Positions 14,300 to 27,000 of a DNA stretch of 64,000 nt are shown here, piece after piece. The stretch lies in NCBI RefSeq assembly GCF_009914755.1, contig NC_060925.1; one strand, written 5' to 3'. The position numbers and the translations under genes were made by a program. The notes under the pieces are model-generated. The model searched no databases. It saw only the letters and a program-made list of their open reading frames with translations, and was not told the DNA's origin. The first letter of the stretch is position 1, and each line of letters starts with the position of its first letter. This stretch comes from the human T2T-CHM13v2.0 reference genome, Homo sapiens.

Positions 14300-17047
14300 T
14301 TGCATATAATTTCATCTGGTGAGGGTCTCAAGTCTAAAAATATCTGCTCTGGAAGCTACCAGCCTAGATGCCCTTTCTGGCATGACTTTTGGGCTCCAAA
14401 GTGAGCCCTTTCACCTTCAGTTTCCTCATCTATAAAACAGAGAGTAGAATAAACAACCTCATGGATAAGGATATGTCCAGCTCCTATAATCTCTGACCAA
14501 AGACCTCAGTCCTTGTGCTGATGGCGAGTGCAATTTTCAGGGCCACAAGGGAAGAGTTATGGTTTCAGAAAAGAGAAATATAGTGGTTATTCCCAAGGGA
14601 TGAGTTGCTTCTCCCAGAATACAGGACACCACACTGTAAGGCTGTAAGGCTCCCAGGGATTCAGAGTGGCTTCCCTGCACCTGGGTCCACGTCTACTCTC
14701 CTATCAGGGTTCTAGCTCCTCCTGAATGAGTCTCCTGTGACACCTGCAGCTGGGAGGACTACAGCTCTTGAGCCCTGCTGGATGTCTCTGACTTGCTGCT
14801 TGTCAGGCTTGCCACCTGCGCATCAGGTGGTGGAAGTGGGGCACCACTCCTGCCTGCACATGGCCTGGATCCCAGCCCCAAAGCCTGGCTTACCTTGGTG
14901 CCTGTACCTGGAGTCTACAATCCTGCAGGTCCTGTGGCTATAAAAGGCCTTAACACCGTGAACACCTAATGCCTTTCTTCTTATTTTTTTCCCTTTGTGC
15001 CTGGGCATTGACAGAGAAGGTGTGGTGCACTTATTTCTTTTTACCTTATTTGTCAAGGAAGACTCCTAGTATGGAACCTTCTGGTGGATCCCTGGAAGAG
15101 AAGCTCTTGGGGCCCTCCGCCATTTACCCTGTCTTGGTTAACTGGCACAGTTTGGCAGTGCATCCTCATCTCATGGACTGTTTTAGCATCCCATGGACTG
15201 TTTTAGCACAGAACATCTGCAGTTTTAACTGTTACTTGTAAAGACACGACTAGTTTTTTTGTGGCTGAATCTAATGGCAGCATATGCATCTGATGGAGAT
15301 AATGAACACTGAGCATAGTTGGCTGGGGACCCTGGGCAGCTCAGGGGAAGGGGGGCCACTGTACCATCCCTTCCCATCTGGACCTAAAGCTGATGTGCTA
15401 GCTTCGGAGGGTGGGGTCAGAACTCAAGCTCTCTTCAGATCTTTTGGCCTAGACAGCACTTCCTGCAATTTATTCCCATCTGATTTGGGAATCATTAAGG
15501 AGAACAAATGTTCAAGGTCAAGGAGACACTGATAAAGACATGGTTGTCAAATCTTCTCCAAGATCAATCAGGAGTTACTAGATACTTATCAGCTGAATGA
15601 ATGAATGAACCAGGGCAGGTCTGCTGGGCACAGCGTGTGAGCAGGAGTGCAGGGCACTATCAGCCCTTCTATCAGACAGCATTCTTGCCTTTCTCCTGCC
15701 TCCCTGGTTAGAGGCCTCAGTGACCCCATGACAAGTGACTATGACCAGAAAGAACATAACCGACAGGGTCTGGGTACCTGGGAGTCAATGCCAAGTCTGG
15801 GCTGGGGGCTCCTTGGCCTCAGTGGTCTGGAAACCAGGAAATCCAAAGTCTGGAAACCAGGAAATAAAGAGATGTGTTTACTAGGGCAAGAACAAGGCCA
15901 GGAGAGTCACACAGCAAAACATCTGTGGTGACAAAGTTGAGAAGATCAAGACAGGCTAGAGGCAGGAATCTCAAATGTCAGGTATTATTAATACTGCTAC
16001 TACAGGTAAGAGGAGCTAATATTTACTGAAGGCTTCCAGGCAGTCTACTAAATTCTTGCTATAGTAACCTTCAAAGTAGGTACTATGTTACTCTTTTTTT
16101 TTTTTTTTTTTGCATAAAGGAGCTGAGGCTCAGGCTAAATGACTCGCCATTGTCACAAAGCAAATAAGTGGCAGAGATGGGACAAACTTAACTCTGGCCT
16201 CTGGCTCTCCGGTACCTTTGACCCCTCTTCCTGGTCAAAACCAAAGGCTTTTGCAGCCAGTACTGACCCAGGTCCTCTAACCTGATTCTCCCTCCCCCAC
16301 CATCCCCACAGCACAGGGTTTCCTCATAGGTGACACTAGAGCAGAGGAATGTCCCCAAAGAAAGCACAGTGGCAGAAGGGCAGGACTCTGCTGCTGGAGC
16401 AGTCATTTCTCTCATTTCTCTCACTGGCGCTGGGCAGGGTAAGGGTGGGAAGATGGAAGGGGCTTCCCAGTTTCCACCAAATAATGCTCAAGGTGTAGGG
16501 GGAAGGGTCAAGGTCATGAAAGCGGGGCAGAGGGAGGCAGACACAGGAAAACAGAAGGGGAGAGGCTGAGGATGGAGTGCTCTAGCAGCACAGACTTTAA
16601 AATCAGAGTTTATTGTTTTCATTAACTTTCCACTTTGTGTTCTTTGCATGCCACATTTCACTGCATGCTGAGTAGGGCAGCAGATGTGGGGAGTTTCCGG
16701 CAGCAGCTGAGCTGGGGCAGGAGATATAAAGATGCTGGCAGCTGAGTGTGTACCCTGGTGACAGGACCATAGACATGTCTTACCAGGCAGATGCCAGCTT
16801 AGCACACAAAAGGAGTGCCTGTCTGCAGTTGGCAGAGGTGGGGCCACACTGTCCACACGTGTGGACAGAGGAATTCACATGGGTATTATCAAACTAGAGG
16901 GGCAGAGAGACTGCAAAATTTCTAGGGATGCCTAAATGTTCCCCCAGTGTGGCTACATGCAGTGTGGCCACATGCAGTGTGGCCCAGGTGAGATGTCTGT
17001 CTCAGTGATTGTGGATGAAAGTGGTACACACACTGGCTTTCATTTAA

Positions 17048-17382
<335 letters not shown>

Positions 17383-17539
17383 CACCATCTCCATTTTGCA
17401 AAGGAGGAAACTGAGACACAGTGACACCAAGGATGACAACTGGAGTAAACCATGGAGGCAGGATTCTCACCCTAACAGATACCTCAACAGGCCAAATTTA
17501 AGTACTTGTGGAAGGAAAACTACCATGTCTTGAGCACCT

Positions 17540-17730
17540 AGCGTACTTCAGGCACCATGTTAGGTACTTTGTATGGGTTAACTAATTTGGTCATCGTAAG
17601 TCCTTGTGAAGGGGGCACTGTAAGTCCTGTGTTACAAATGCAACAACTTAGATGGAGAGAAGTTAAGTAATGTGTCTCTCTTTGCCCAGCTTGTAAGTGG
17701 CAGAGCTGGGACTTAAACCCAGAGGAGACA
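17540..17730 (-). repeat. MIR
   Basis: caggcaccatgttaggtacttt...agaagttaagtaa...gtaagtggcagagctgggacttaaacccag. Confidence 0.7.
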
Positions 17731-20700
17731 TACACATGACTGTGTTGTGTTGTCAATTTTTAAAAGTTACATTACTTAATTGATTGGTTAATTCTTTTAA
17801 CGTGTGATGTTTGAAATGTGTAGGCATCTAAGACAGTATGTGGGCAGGGGGTGGGCAGGGAGACACACAAAGATGACTCTGACCTGGCTACTAGCAGGCA
17901 TAAGCCGTAAGTAAATGACTACAGTGCAAGGAGGAATGGGAGGAGTGCCGCTCAGGCTGGAGAGCATTCTGGGGTGCTGGGGATGGCAGAGGGTACTTGT
18001 GTCTGCTGCTTTTACCTTCTGCACCCTGGGGAGGGTGGTTCAGAAGTCAGCCTGCCCCAACGCAAAGCCCAGGCTGCAGATGCTTTGACCCAATTCTGCT
18101 CAAGCTGTTGGTCATCTCCTTCCAACACTCAAGAGACTGGCTTTTGTCCCTGGATGGATCATCTCTGCTCTGATGATTCTGGCATCCATGTGAGAACCAG
18201 CAGGGGAACAGCTATGCAACAGAGGCCTCTGGAACCTCACGCTCTTTAGATGTTAAATTGAAATCAGGTGCTTTATGACTCGTCTGTATTCAGGAGCCCA
18301 TCAACGCTGCATGGGAACTGCTGTGGATTCAAAAGGAACACCAGTGTCATCCCTGCATGGCCCTTTACTCCACTGTGCTCCATGTTCTCCTCACTCCCTC
18401 CCAAGGGAGTTTTCTCCCATCTGCAGACCCTGCTGGGTGGGGCAGAAAGAGCACTGGGTTTGGACTCAGAAGATCCAGGCCCACTATCTGGTCTGTCACT
18501 CAGCAGCATGACTGTCACGAAGGCTCTCCTAGGCCTCAGTCTTCTGAGCAGTAAAATGGGATAATAATGCCTTCTTGCAGAGCTGCCATGTGGGTTACAT
18601 GAGAAGTATGTGGAACGGTAGGTGTCACACTTACTGCAATTTCCAGGCCTCACGGACTGGCATACAGCTATGGCCAAGTCATTCCCACCCTTCAATCCTC
18701 TGTGAAGGGCTTCCTGACTGTTCCAGCCTGCCTGACTTCTGGAGGGATGTAGGACTGACCCGAAGTATTTGGCCAACCACGGGGAGGGGCAGAGGGGGCA
18801 GACACTGGGTGAATCTGGGCTTTGGGCTGTGTGGGGCTAGTGGGCTCCTCCAGTGTACAATTCTTGAGAGGCTTCCCAGTACTGGTAGAATACCACCCAA
18901 ACCTCTAATGTGCTCCACACAGTCCTGCATCCTCTGGCCTCTGACTCCCCAGCTTCATCTCACACCACACTCCCCCATGCTCTCAGTGTTCCACTGCAAA
19001 CAGCTTTCCACCCCCAATAGCTTTCCTTATGGTCCTCCAACATGCCAGGCTCTTCCCTGCCTCAGAGCCTCGGCAGACACTGTCTGGAAGGTACTTTTTC
19101 CCACTGCTCCCTTGGGCAACTGAGTAATCCTTAGGTCTAAACCCAAGTGTCACTTCCTCTGGGATACCTCCCCTGATCCATGCACCACCTCCTCCCACGC
19201 TGAACGAAACTAGGTCTCTGCTATAGAACTGCATCTTCTCCTGATTCATAGAACTTATCACCATTTGTAATTATATACATGTGAACCTATTTATGATTTA
19301 ATGTGTCTCTCTTCGTGTGGATTGGAACACCTTAACTGATCACTGCTACTGACGAGGATCCACCACAGCCTCGGATATAGTGGTATTCCATCAGCGTGTA
19401 TGAAGAGTGAATGTCTACATGAAACAGGTAGCGACAAGGGGCAAGAGGATGGAGGAGAGTGGGAAGGGAGTGGTGGCAGTGATGTGCCTGAGAGGTACCA
19501 CGGTGGGCAGCAGGGAAAAAGCAGAGGGCTCTAGGAAGTGAAAGAATGGGTCAGGAGGAAGACCTGAGAGTGGGCTGTTTGCATTTAAGATTTCAGAGGG
19601 GCAGCCATGAAGCATGGCCTGTTTTGAGGCTCCTAGGAAGGGGAAGATGCAGCCTTGTGATGGAGTTTTGTACAGTTAGGGCATCCAGAGTGCCCTGGGA
19701 CTGGGAACTGGCAAGGAAATAAGAGAGAGCTCTGGAATGGGGGGTGAGGGGGAGGGTACCGATGGTGCCTATGTCCCTGTGTTATGGGGTGGCCCTGCAC
19801 TCCAGATGTCACCAGTATCCCTTGGACTCAGTAGGAGGGAGCTCTCTCCAGGGAAAAGGGAACTCTGTTAACATAACCGCGGTGGGGGTTAAAGAGCAGC
19901 TTTCCCTCAGTGGTACAGAGCCCTGTGGCTGGCAGCGCTGCACAGACTCCTCGAGACTCAGCTCCCACTGTCCCTGAGCCACACTGGGGCTCTTCGCCCT
20001 CCTGGCAGCAATTATAAAGTTGAACAGCAGAGGCAGGGGAGGATCGAAAGCCAAACAGGAAGCCAATAATTGCCTCTTGCAGAAATAGCTCTTTCAAAAT
20101 AAAAGTGAGGTCCTGAGGTTCCTACCCAGGTCAGTTATACAATGCTGCTCCTGTCCTCCCAGAGCCCTGTAATCTTCTTCCCAGTGTCTACTTTCTGGCC
20201 CTGAACTCCAGTACAGGTCAAAAGATGTCCATGTGAAAACTAAGAAATGAAAAGTCCAATCCCCCATGCAACACTTTTTAGGGCTTCTGAGCACGTAAAC
20301 ACAAACAAACATACAACATTTTCTAAGCCTGGTCATCACAATCATCTGTCCACACACTGACACATGAACCTTCTCAGGTTCCGGACAGGCAGAGCAATGC
20401 CTCACTGAAACTGAACCCTTACTCAACAGGAAGACTAGGCTGAAAAAAACAAAACAGGGGAAGTAGGTGTCAGGAACCAAAGGAGGAGGCCACTCCAAGG
20501 ACAATGGAATGAGAGCTCTCCAAGGTCACAGGCTATTAACTCGGTCCTTTCATGGGTAAAACTAACCCCTTTGAAGGGAATGCAGTCCCAATCAAAGTCA
20601 GTAATAAAAGCCACCTCAGAGATATGGCTCATGAGCCATCAGTTCGAATGATTTCTTCACCACCTGCCATGTGCTTGGTACTGTCCTGGGTGCAGGCGAC

Positions 20701-21290
20701 AACAAGACTCATGAAATGGTGTCCCTGCTCTAATTCTGGGACAGAATTAGAGCAGATCACTTCAATACAATGTGGGATATTTGGGGACAGAGACATGTCA
20801 TCAGGGGCAGCAGCAAAAGCCATCTGGCCATCTGGGAAGAGGTGGATGATGGTGACCATAATGATGGCTAGTGTTTATTGAGGGCTTACTCTGTGCAGGT
20901 ATTGCTCATGGCACTTCACATGCACCAACTGATCAATCCTCACAACAACCCAGTGAAGCTGGTACTAACTTTATTTCCATTTTAAAGTTGGGGTGGGGGT
21001 GCGACTGAGGTTTGGGGAGGTGAAGAAACTGGCCTAGGGCAACACAGGATTTGAACGTAGGCTGACTGGCTCCTGAGCAGCATCCTGGGTGAAGGATGAG
21101 CAGCAGAGGAGGAAGCAGCATGAACAATGGCCTCAAGGTGTGGCACGGGCAGGAAGGGTAGAACTACTTGTTTCTGTATTTCTTAAACACAATGTTGGGC
21201 CAAGAGTGAGGGAAGTCAAGGCTGAAGGGGAGGTGGTGGCCTTGACAGCTCCCCCATGAAAGTCTGGTTGGGTTGGTGCAAGAAGGATGG

Positions 21291-21643
21291 TGATATGGTT
21301 TGGCTGTGTCCCCACCCAAATCTCATCTTGAATTCCTACATATTGGGGGAGGGACTCAGTGGGAGGTAACTGAATCATGGGGGCAGGTCTTTCTCTTGCT
21401 GTTCTCATGATAGTGAATAAGTCTCACGAGATCTGATGGTTTTAAAAAGGGGGAGTTCCCCTGCACAAGCTCTTTTTGCCTGCTGCCATCCAAGACGTGA
21501 TTAGCTGCTCCTTGCCTTCCACCATGATTGTGAAGCCTGTCCAGCCATATGGAACTCTAAGTCCAATAAACCTCTCTCTTTTGTAAATTGTCCAGTCTCA
21601 GGTGTATCTATCTTTACCAGCAGCATGAGGACAGACTAATACA
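21291..21643 (+). mobile_element. THE1B-type MaLR solo LTR
   Basis: Begins tgatatggtttggctgtgtccccacccaaatc and ends cagactaataca; 5-bp TSD gatgg at 21286-21290 and 21644-21648. Confidence 0.93.
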
Positions 21644-24020
21644 GATGGTATCTCAAGCCTAATTCTTTACTGGTCCTGCCACCTGACATTGCCACGGAGA
21701 TCCTCCATAAGGATTTGGAGGCTGAATTCATGGGAAGGTAACCATAACCAGATATGGACTTAGTACCTTACATTTCACAAAACAATCCCCACATAAATGA
21801 TCTCATTTAATCTTCACAATAATGCTATGAAATAGGTATTATGTCCTCTACCTTAAAAACAAGGAAACCAGAGCTCAGAAAGGTTACGTGATTTTCTCAA
21901 AGTCCAACAGTTCATAAGTGATGGAGACAGAGGTCTTAAACCTACATCCACATTCTGTTACGTTTTCTACCACACTACCCCTGCTTCTCAATGAAGCAAG
22001 ACAGCAGGAGAACCTGGACAGACACTGTGTGGTTAACATGATTGAGCCATCATTTTTTTTTTTTTTTTTGCAAAACAAAAAGTGGGGGAAGCTTATGTAT
22101 CAAAAGTCTATCTTTCTGAGGAATTTTCCAGAACTTAGCTCTCAGCAGGATGATCTGCCCAAAATACCTGTAGTATACTTGGTAAACATGAGCCAGAAAT
22201 AATTAGCTAATGAGCTACCATCAATGTTTGTTAATTATCTGTGCCAATGGAAGCGAGCACTGATGTGGAGAATAAAAAGTGTGGCAGTATCCCTTGGATG
22301 GCAGAGCCACAGCCCTCCTCCTTCCAGTGGGGGATGCTGAGTTGTCCTGCCCTATGTGCAGCCTGCACCCCCAACCCTCCCTGGCATTGCTAACCACACC
22401 TGCCCACCAGGGGCTTGTTCAAACGGGCCCCTCCAAGTGGTCAACACCTCCTCTACCTCCTTCCACCCCTAGTTAGTCCTACCCTGCCTCTTCTCTTCTG
22501 TAGGCCCCTTGCTGTGGATTCAGTTTTGGTTCTCTGCCTATTCTATGCCTACTGGTCTTTAAGCCTCAAGCTTCCTTAAGCCTGATCTTGTCATGAAGGT
22601 TGCAGACTCTGATTCCCCTTTATCCCATGCTCCTCAGCTGCAAGCTGGCTGTGCCCACCCAGAACTCCAGTCCTGACCCCTGTGACCCGAGGGCGTGGGC
22701 TCCCCAATATGAATTTTGTGTATACAGCACAGCTTTCATTTTAGGTCCAACCATCCCAAACATACTCTTTAAATTTGATGACATCTGTCTAGTTAGTTAT
22801 TTTTGTGTGATACAGTGAGAGTAAAAGAGGCCTTCAGAAATGCCATTCTAATACACATTTTTGATAAATGAAGGAATAAGTCACTTGTTAAATCCTCCCA
22901 ACAATGTTGGTTAGGTGGATATGATCATCATCAGACAAGCTTACTGGATCTCAGAGACATTCTAACTTGCCGTTAAGTGGCCGGGCTGAAATCAAACCTG
23001 GGTCTGAGCCCCAAACCTACACTCACACAAATCCACTTATAACAACAATATTAGTTAAGAATATATTTAAAAAAATAATAAAATATACTTGGGTAGCTAC
23101 TCCTCAAAGGAGCCCTGAGAGAAGTATTGTTTGGAATAGAAAACGCTTTATGTAATATGTAAATAAACACCTATTAAATTTTCCTGTTTTATGTTTTTTC
23201 AAATATATATCTCTCCAGCTTCTCAAAGTGGGGCATGCAGTTTGTGAGAAATGGTCCAGAACAGATATTCGGCAGAAAGGTGGGAAGAAGACATGGCCAA
23301 GTCATGTCTACATTCCAGGTGTGAACAATGGTTGTAATCAGCAGGAAAATGATAAAAATGATTTTAAATCCTCATCTCCAAGCAGAGGTTCCAAGTTCCT
23401 GCCCTTCCCATTGCTCCCACCAGGAAACAAGAGGCCGACAGGGCATTTGTCTCCTTTTATATCCTTTTCTCCTGGGTCAAAGACAGAAGAGAAGAAACAG
23501 AAACATTACTGCCCTGACATGTTTGGCCCTATAGGACCATGGATCCCCATTTTAAAGCCAGGGGCTTGCCTTCTTTTACATAAAATATCTTTCTATTCCT
23601 TCTCACATGTAAAGGCGCTAAGAGACTGAACCTTTGCCAAATTAATTGAGGACAAACTCATGAGAGAAAAGTATTTCAGGGCAATTCTTTGCAGAATAAA
23701 AGAATTCTGATCAGCCGAGGCTTCTCCAGGGCCTGTAAATAGCAGACAAGCAGGTCACATGGGAAACACTTTTTTTTTTTTTTAAAGAAAGCAATAAAAT
23801 TCGCAGTTGTAGATTGGGCTCTGGTGGTAAGGCAAGCATTGATTTTCTTAGGAAAGATTTGAATTATACCTTGATGTGTCCTGATTGGCTAGGATGATAC
23901 AGAATAGGGCTGCTGCAGAGGGACTTGCATAGGCCCAGGATCAATGACGGTGCACGGGGAGAGAGGAGCAGGGTGGGGGTATGGGGGACAGGGAAGAGGG
24001 GCACACAGGGCTTGCGAATG

Positions 24021-24022
<2 letters not shown>

Positions 24023-24054
<32 letters not shown>

Positions 24055-24066
24055 TGTGTGTGTGTG
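24023..24066. repeat. (TG)n microsatellite with one interruption
   Basis: Read directly. Confidence 0.98.
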
Positions 24067-27000
24067 GTGTTCTTGAATCTCTGCTTTATTGAGCCAGTGG
24101 TGCAGCAGGGGAAGGAAGCAGGACGTTGGGATGCAGGGCTGATCCCAAACAGGAAGCACCGAATGCAACCCCGGAGCAGAAGCCATCAGAACAGATAGCA
24201 CTTAGGAACATGCCCATGCCTACAGCCAAGGGAAAAATGATGGCAAGCAAGGAGCAGGAACAGAGGTGGCAGGAATGACTGTAGGCAAGTGGGCCCTGAT
24301 GGAGCAGGAGGCTGCAGTCTGGAGACAGAAGCAGAAGGCTACCACCCTGCTTTGGGACAGCTATAAAGAGAATCTGTGTCCCGTGCTCCATGTAGGGCTC
24401 AGTCTCATGCCATGGCGGGGCTCTCCACTGTGAAGTGTGCATGCAATGCTGACACCTGCTCTTTGACAGAGAGCTGCAGTGGGCATTTCCCAATCACTAT
24501 GGACCCAGAACTGCCTGTGGCCAGGCTGCACTGTGTGGTGATGAGTCTGTAAATTTGTGCTGTTGTGATCTGTCAGGGCAGATGTTCCTTGACTTCCAAC
24601 AGTCTGCAATTTTCTTAGAAGACTGATAATGCAGGAGTGCCCTATAGATGTGGAGACAGAATGTGCCTTAATGTTTCTGCAGTGAATATTCTGACCCTAT
24701 ATGGATGCTCCCATGAATCAAAATGGTCACATATTCTGGACGGAGCCCTGAAAAGATAAGGAGGACATCTGGATACCAAGTGAGGTTAAGACATGCCGGG
24801 AGGGACAAGACAGAACTTCCTTGGTCGTGACAGCAATAACAGTGCTAGTAACACTTACTGAGGTTTATACACCTATTGAATGCTGGAGGGTTTAGAGCAT
24901 GCTACATAAATTTCTTTGTTTCACCTTCAGAATGACCCTTCTGCCTAGTAGATATTATTAGATTGGTTCTGTCTATAAGAAAATAAGTTTAGGGAGCTGA
25001 AGAGACTTGTCTAAGGTGACCAAATCAGCAGGTGGCTGAGCTGACAGGTCTGATGCTCAGGACACTTCTGCCTTCATCATTAGACCTGGTCTAATGATGA
25101 CTCTGTCTGTCCATACCAGTCCTTGCAGAGTCATCACCATCCTTGCAGAAGCAAGTCTGCTGACAACCCTGCCCTCAGAGGCTTGGAAGGTCCGTCCTCA
25201 GGGTGGTTGCATTTCCCCGTTCCCAAAGGGCTTGCCCATGCCCTGTGTGCGGAGTGGGCTCCCTTCCCTTGAGCATGGCATACTCGATGCAGCAGCCCCG
25301 CAAGAGCAGCCGGAGTGCAGGTGGCAGCAGAAGAGTGCAAAGCTATCATGGGTGAGAAGAGAGGTGTGCTGAACAGTCTGGACAGGTTTAAAGATGGCAG
25401 AGGGGAGGGTAGAGTGGTCAGTACAGCCAGTGGGCCAGGAACCAGGACAGGCAGACAGGAATGCTGATGAGGCTCAAATAGGCCTGGTGCTGCCCAGAGG
25501 TTCAGGTGCCTTTGGGGGCATGTGTACTCTTCCTAGCCAATGCTGGGCATGGGCAGGGGAAGGGAGATTAGGAACTTCATACTGTTTTTAATAGGAGCGT
25601 TATGGCCAGCCCCTCCACCTCTGCCCCAGTCATTGTGAGCCCGCAGGAACCCCAGGCCTCCTCAGAGTCCCCTCTCCTCATCCTGCCAAAAAGGGGGCAG
25701 GAGGAAAAGGGCAGGGAATTGCTTACGTGATAGATAGTAAGTGCTACACAGACCACCCCCACCCCCAACCCAGGTAGGTCTCTGGGACCTGAGTAGATGA
25801 ACAATTCAGGAACTGTTCTGTGTGTGTGTGTTGGGGTGGTGACGAGTAGGGGGGCAACACTCCAGTGGCACAGAGGAGTAAGGTGCTGGCTCCCAGGATC
25901 AGTGAAAGATTAAACACAGAGAAAATCAAATACTAAATGCAGGAAGCTGCAGACAGAAATGTAATTCCCCAGCTGGAAATGGCAGCACCTAAAAATACTG
26001 AGCTATGGTTCTCACAGGAATGCTCAATGCCCCACATTCAATCTAGAATGGCTTCTGGATTATGGGTTAGAGTAAATAAAAAAGATCATCTAAGCAACGT
26101 AACCATAGGTTTTTAGCTTAAGATGACATCTGGTATCAACATATTATCTGTCTCTAAGAAACTCAAATTGCCAGTCGTCCCACGAACCTCTGCTGTTCTC
26201 AGCAAATTTTCATCTTGACTTGCTTTGACTGCTGGGGAGAATATAAGTTTGGATTTCAGCTCTCCCTTGGGTCTTGGAGTTCTACTATTACCCAGGAGCC
26301 ACTGTTGAGGGCAGGCTGGTCACTGGTCAGCACATGGCCTGGCCACTCTGGCATAACACAGTGAGCTTGGGCTGCTTACATCTGTGGATGGGTAGCTCAC
26401 TTCACTGGCCAACCCAAACAGCCCCATGCATAGATCACTCTACATCCATCTCTTCTCCAAGAAAAACGACTTTATGTGCACAACCTCTCGATGGTTGGTC
26501 AGTGGTAGCATTTTGTTGTTGTTGTTAAGAAGGAAAACTTGCTCCATAATAGATCTCATTCCTGGTTCTGCGAAGTCCTAGCTATGTGACCTAGGGCGAG
26601 TCACTTGGCTGCTTTGTGCCTCAGTTTCCTCATCTGTAAAGTAGAACGAGAGTATCTCCAACTGTCCTGATGTAGTGAGAGAGGCCTGCCTCAATGTTCT
26701 TGTCCTCCTCTCCTTACCCAGTTGGTCTTCCTCCCTGAATACCTACTATGGCAGCTATGCCTGCATCCCACCCTAGGCTGACCTTTGACTCCAGAAACCA
26801 GCCTGGAGTCCTACGATCCAGAGAAGATGAAGAGTTGTCTTCAAAAGAAAAAGAATGGGGCGAGGGGAGAGAGATCGTGGTGGATGGCAAGCAAGACTAG
26901 ATTGCAGCTCTGGACAGAGCAGCGGGCGGCGGCTCACACTGTAAGCTGTAGGTCCAGATCGACTGCAAGAACAAACCAGCAATCCTGAGAGGACGCACAG

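Noticed and set aside
18575-19123. 182-aa ORF and other short overlapping ORFs
   Set aside because: Non-ATG start, overlaps MIR/L2 remnants, no homology recognised.
21530-21552. PRDM9 hotspot motif expected in THE1B
   Set aside because: Sequence here is gcctgtccagccatat, which does not fit CCNCCNTNNCCNC.
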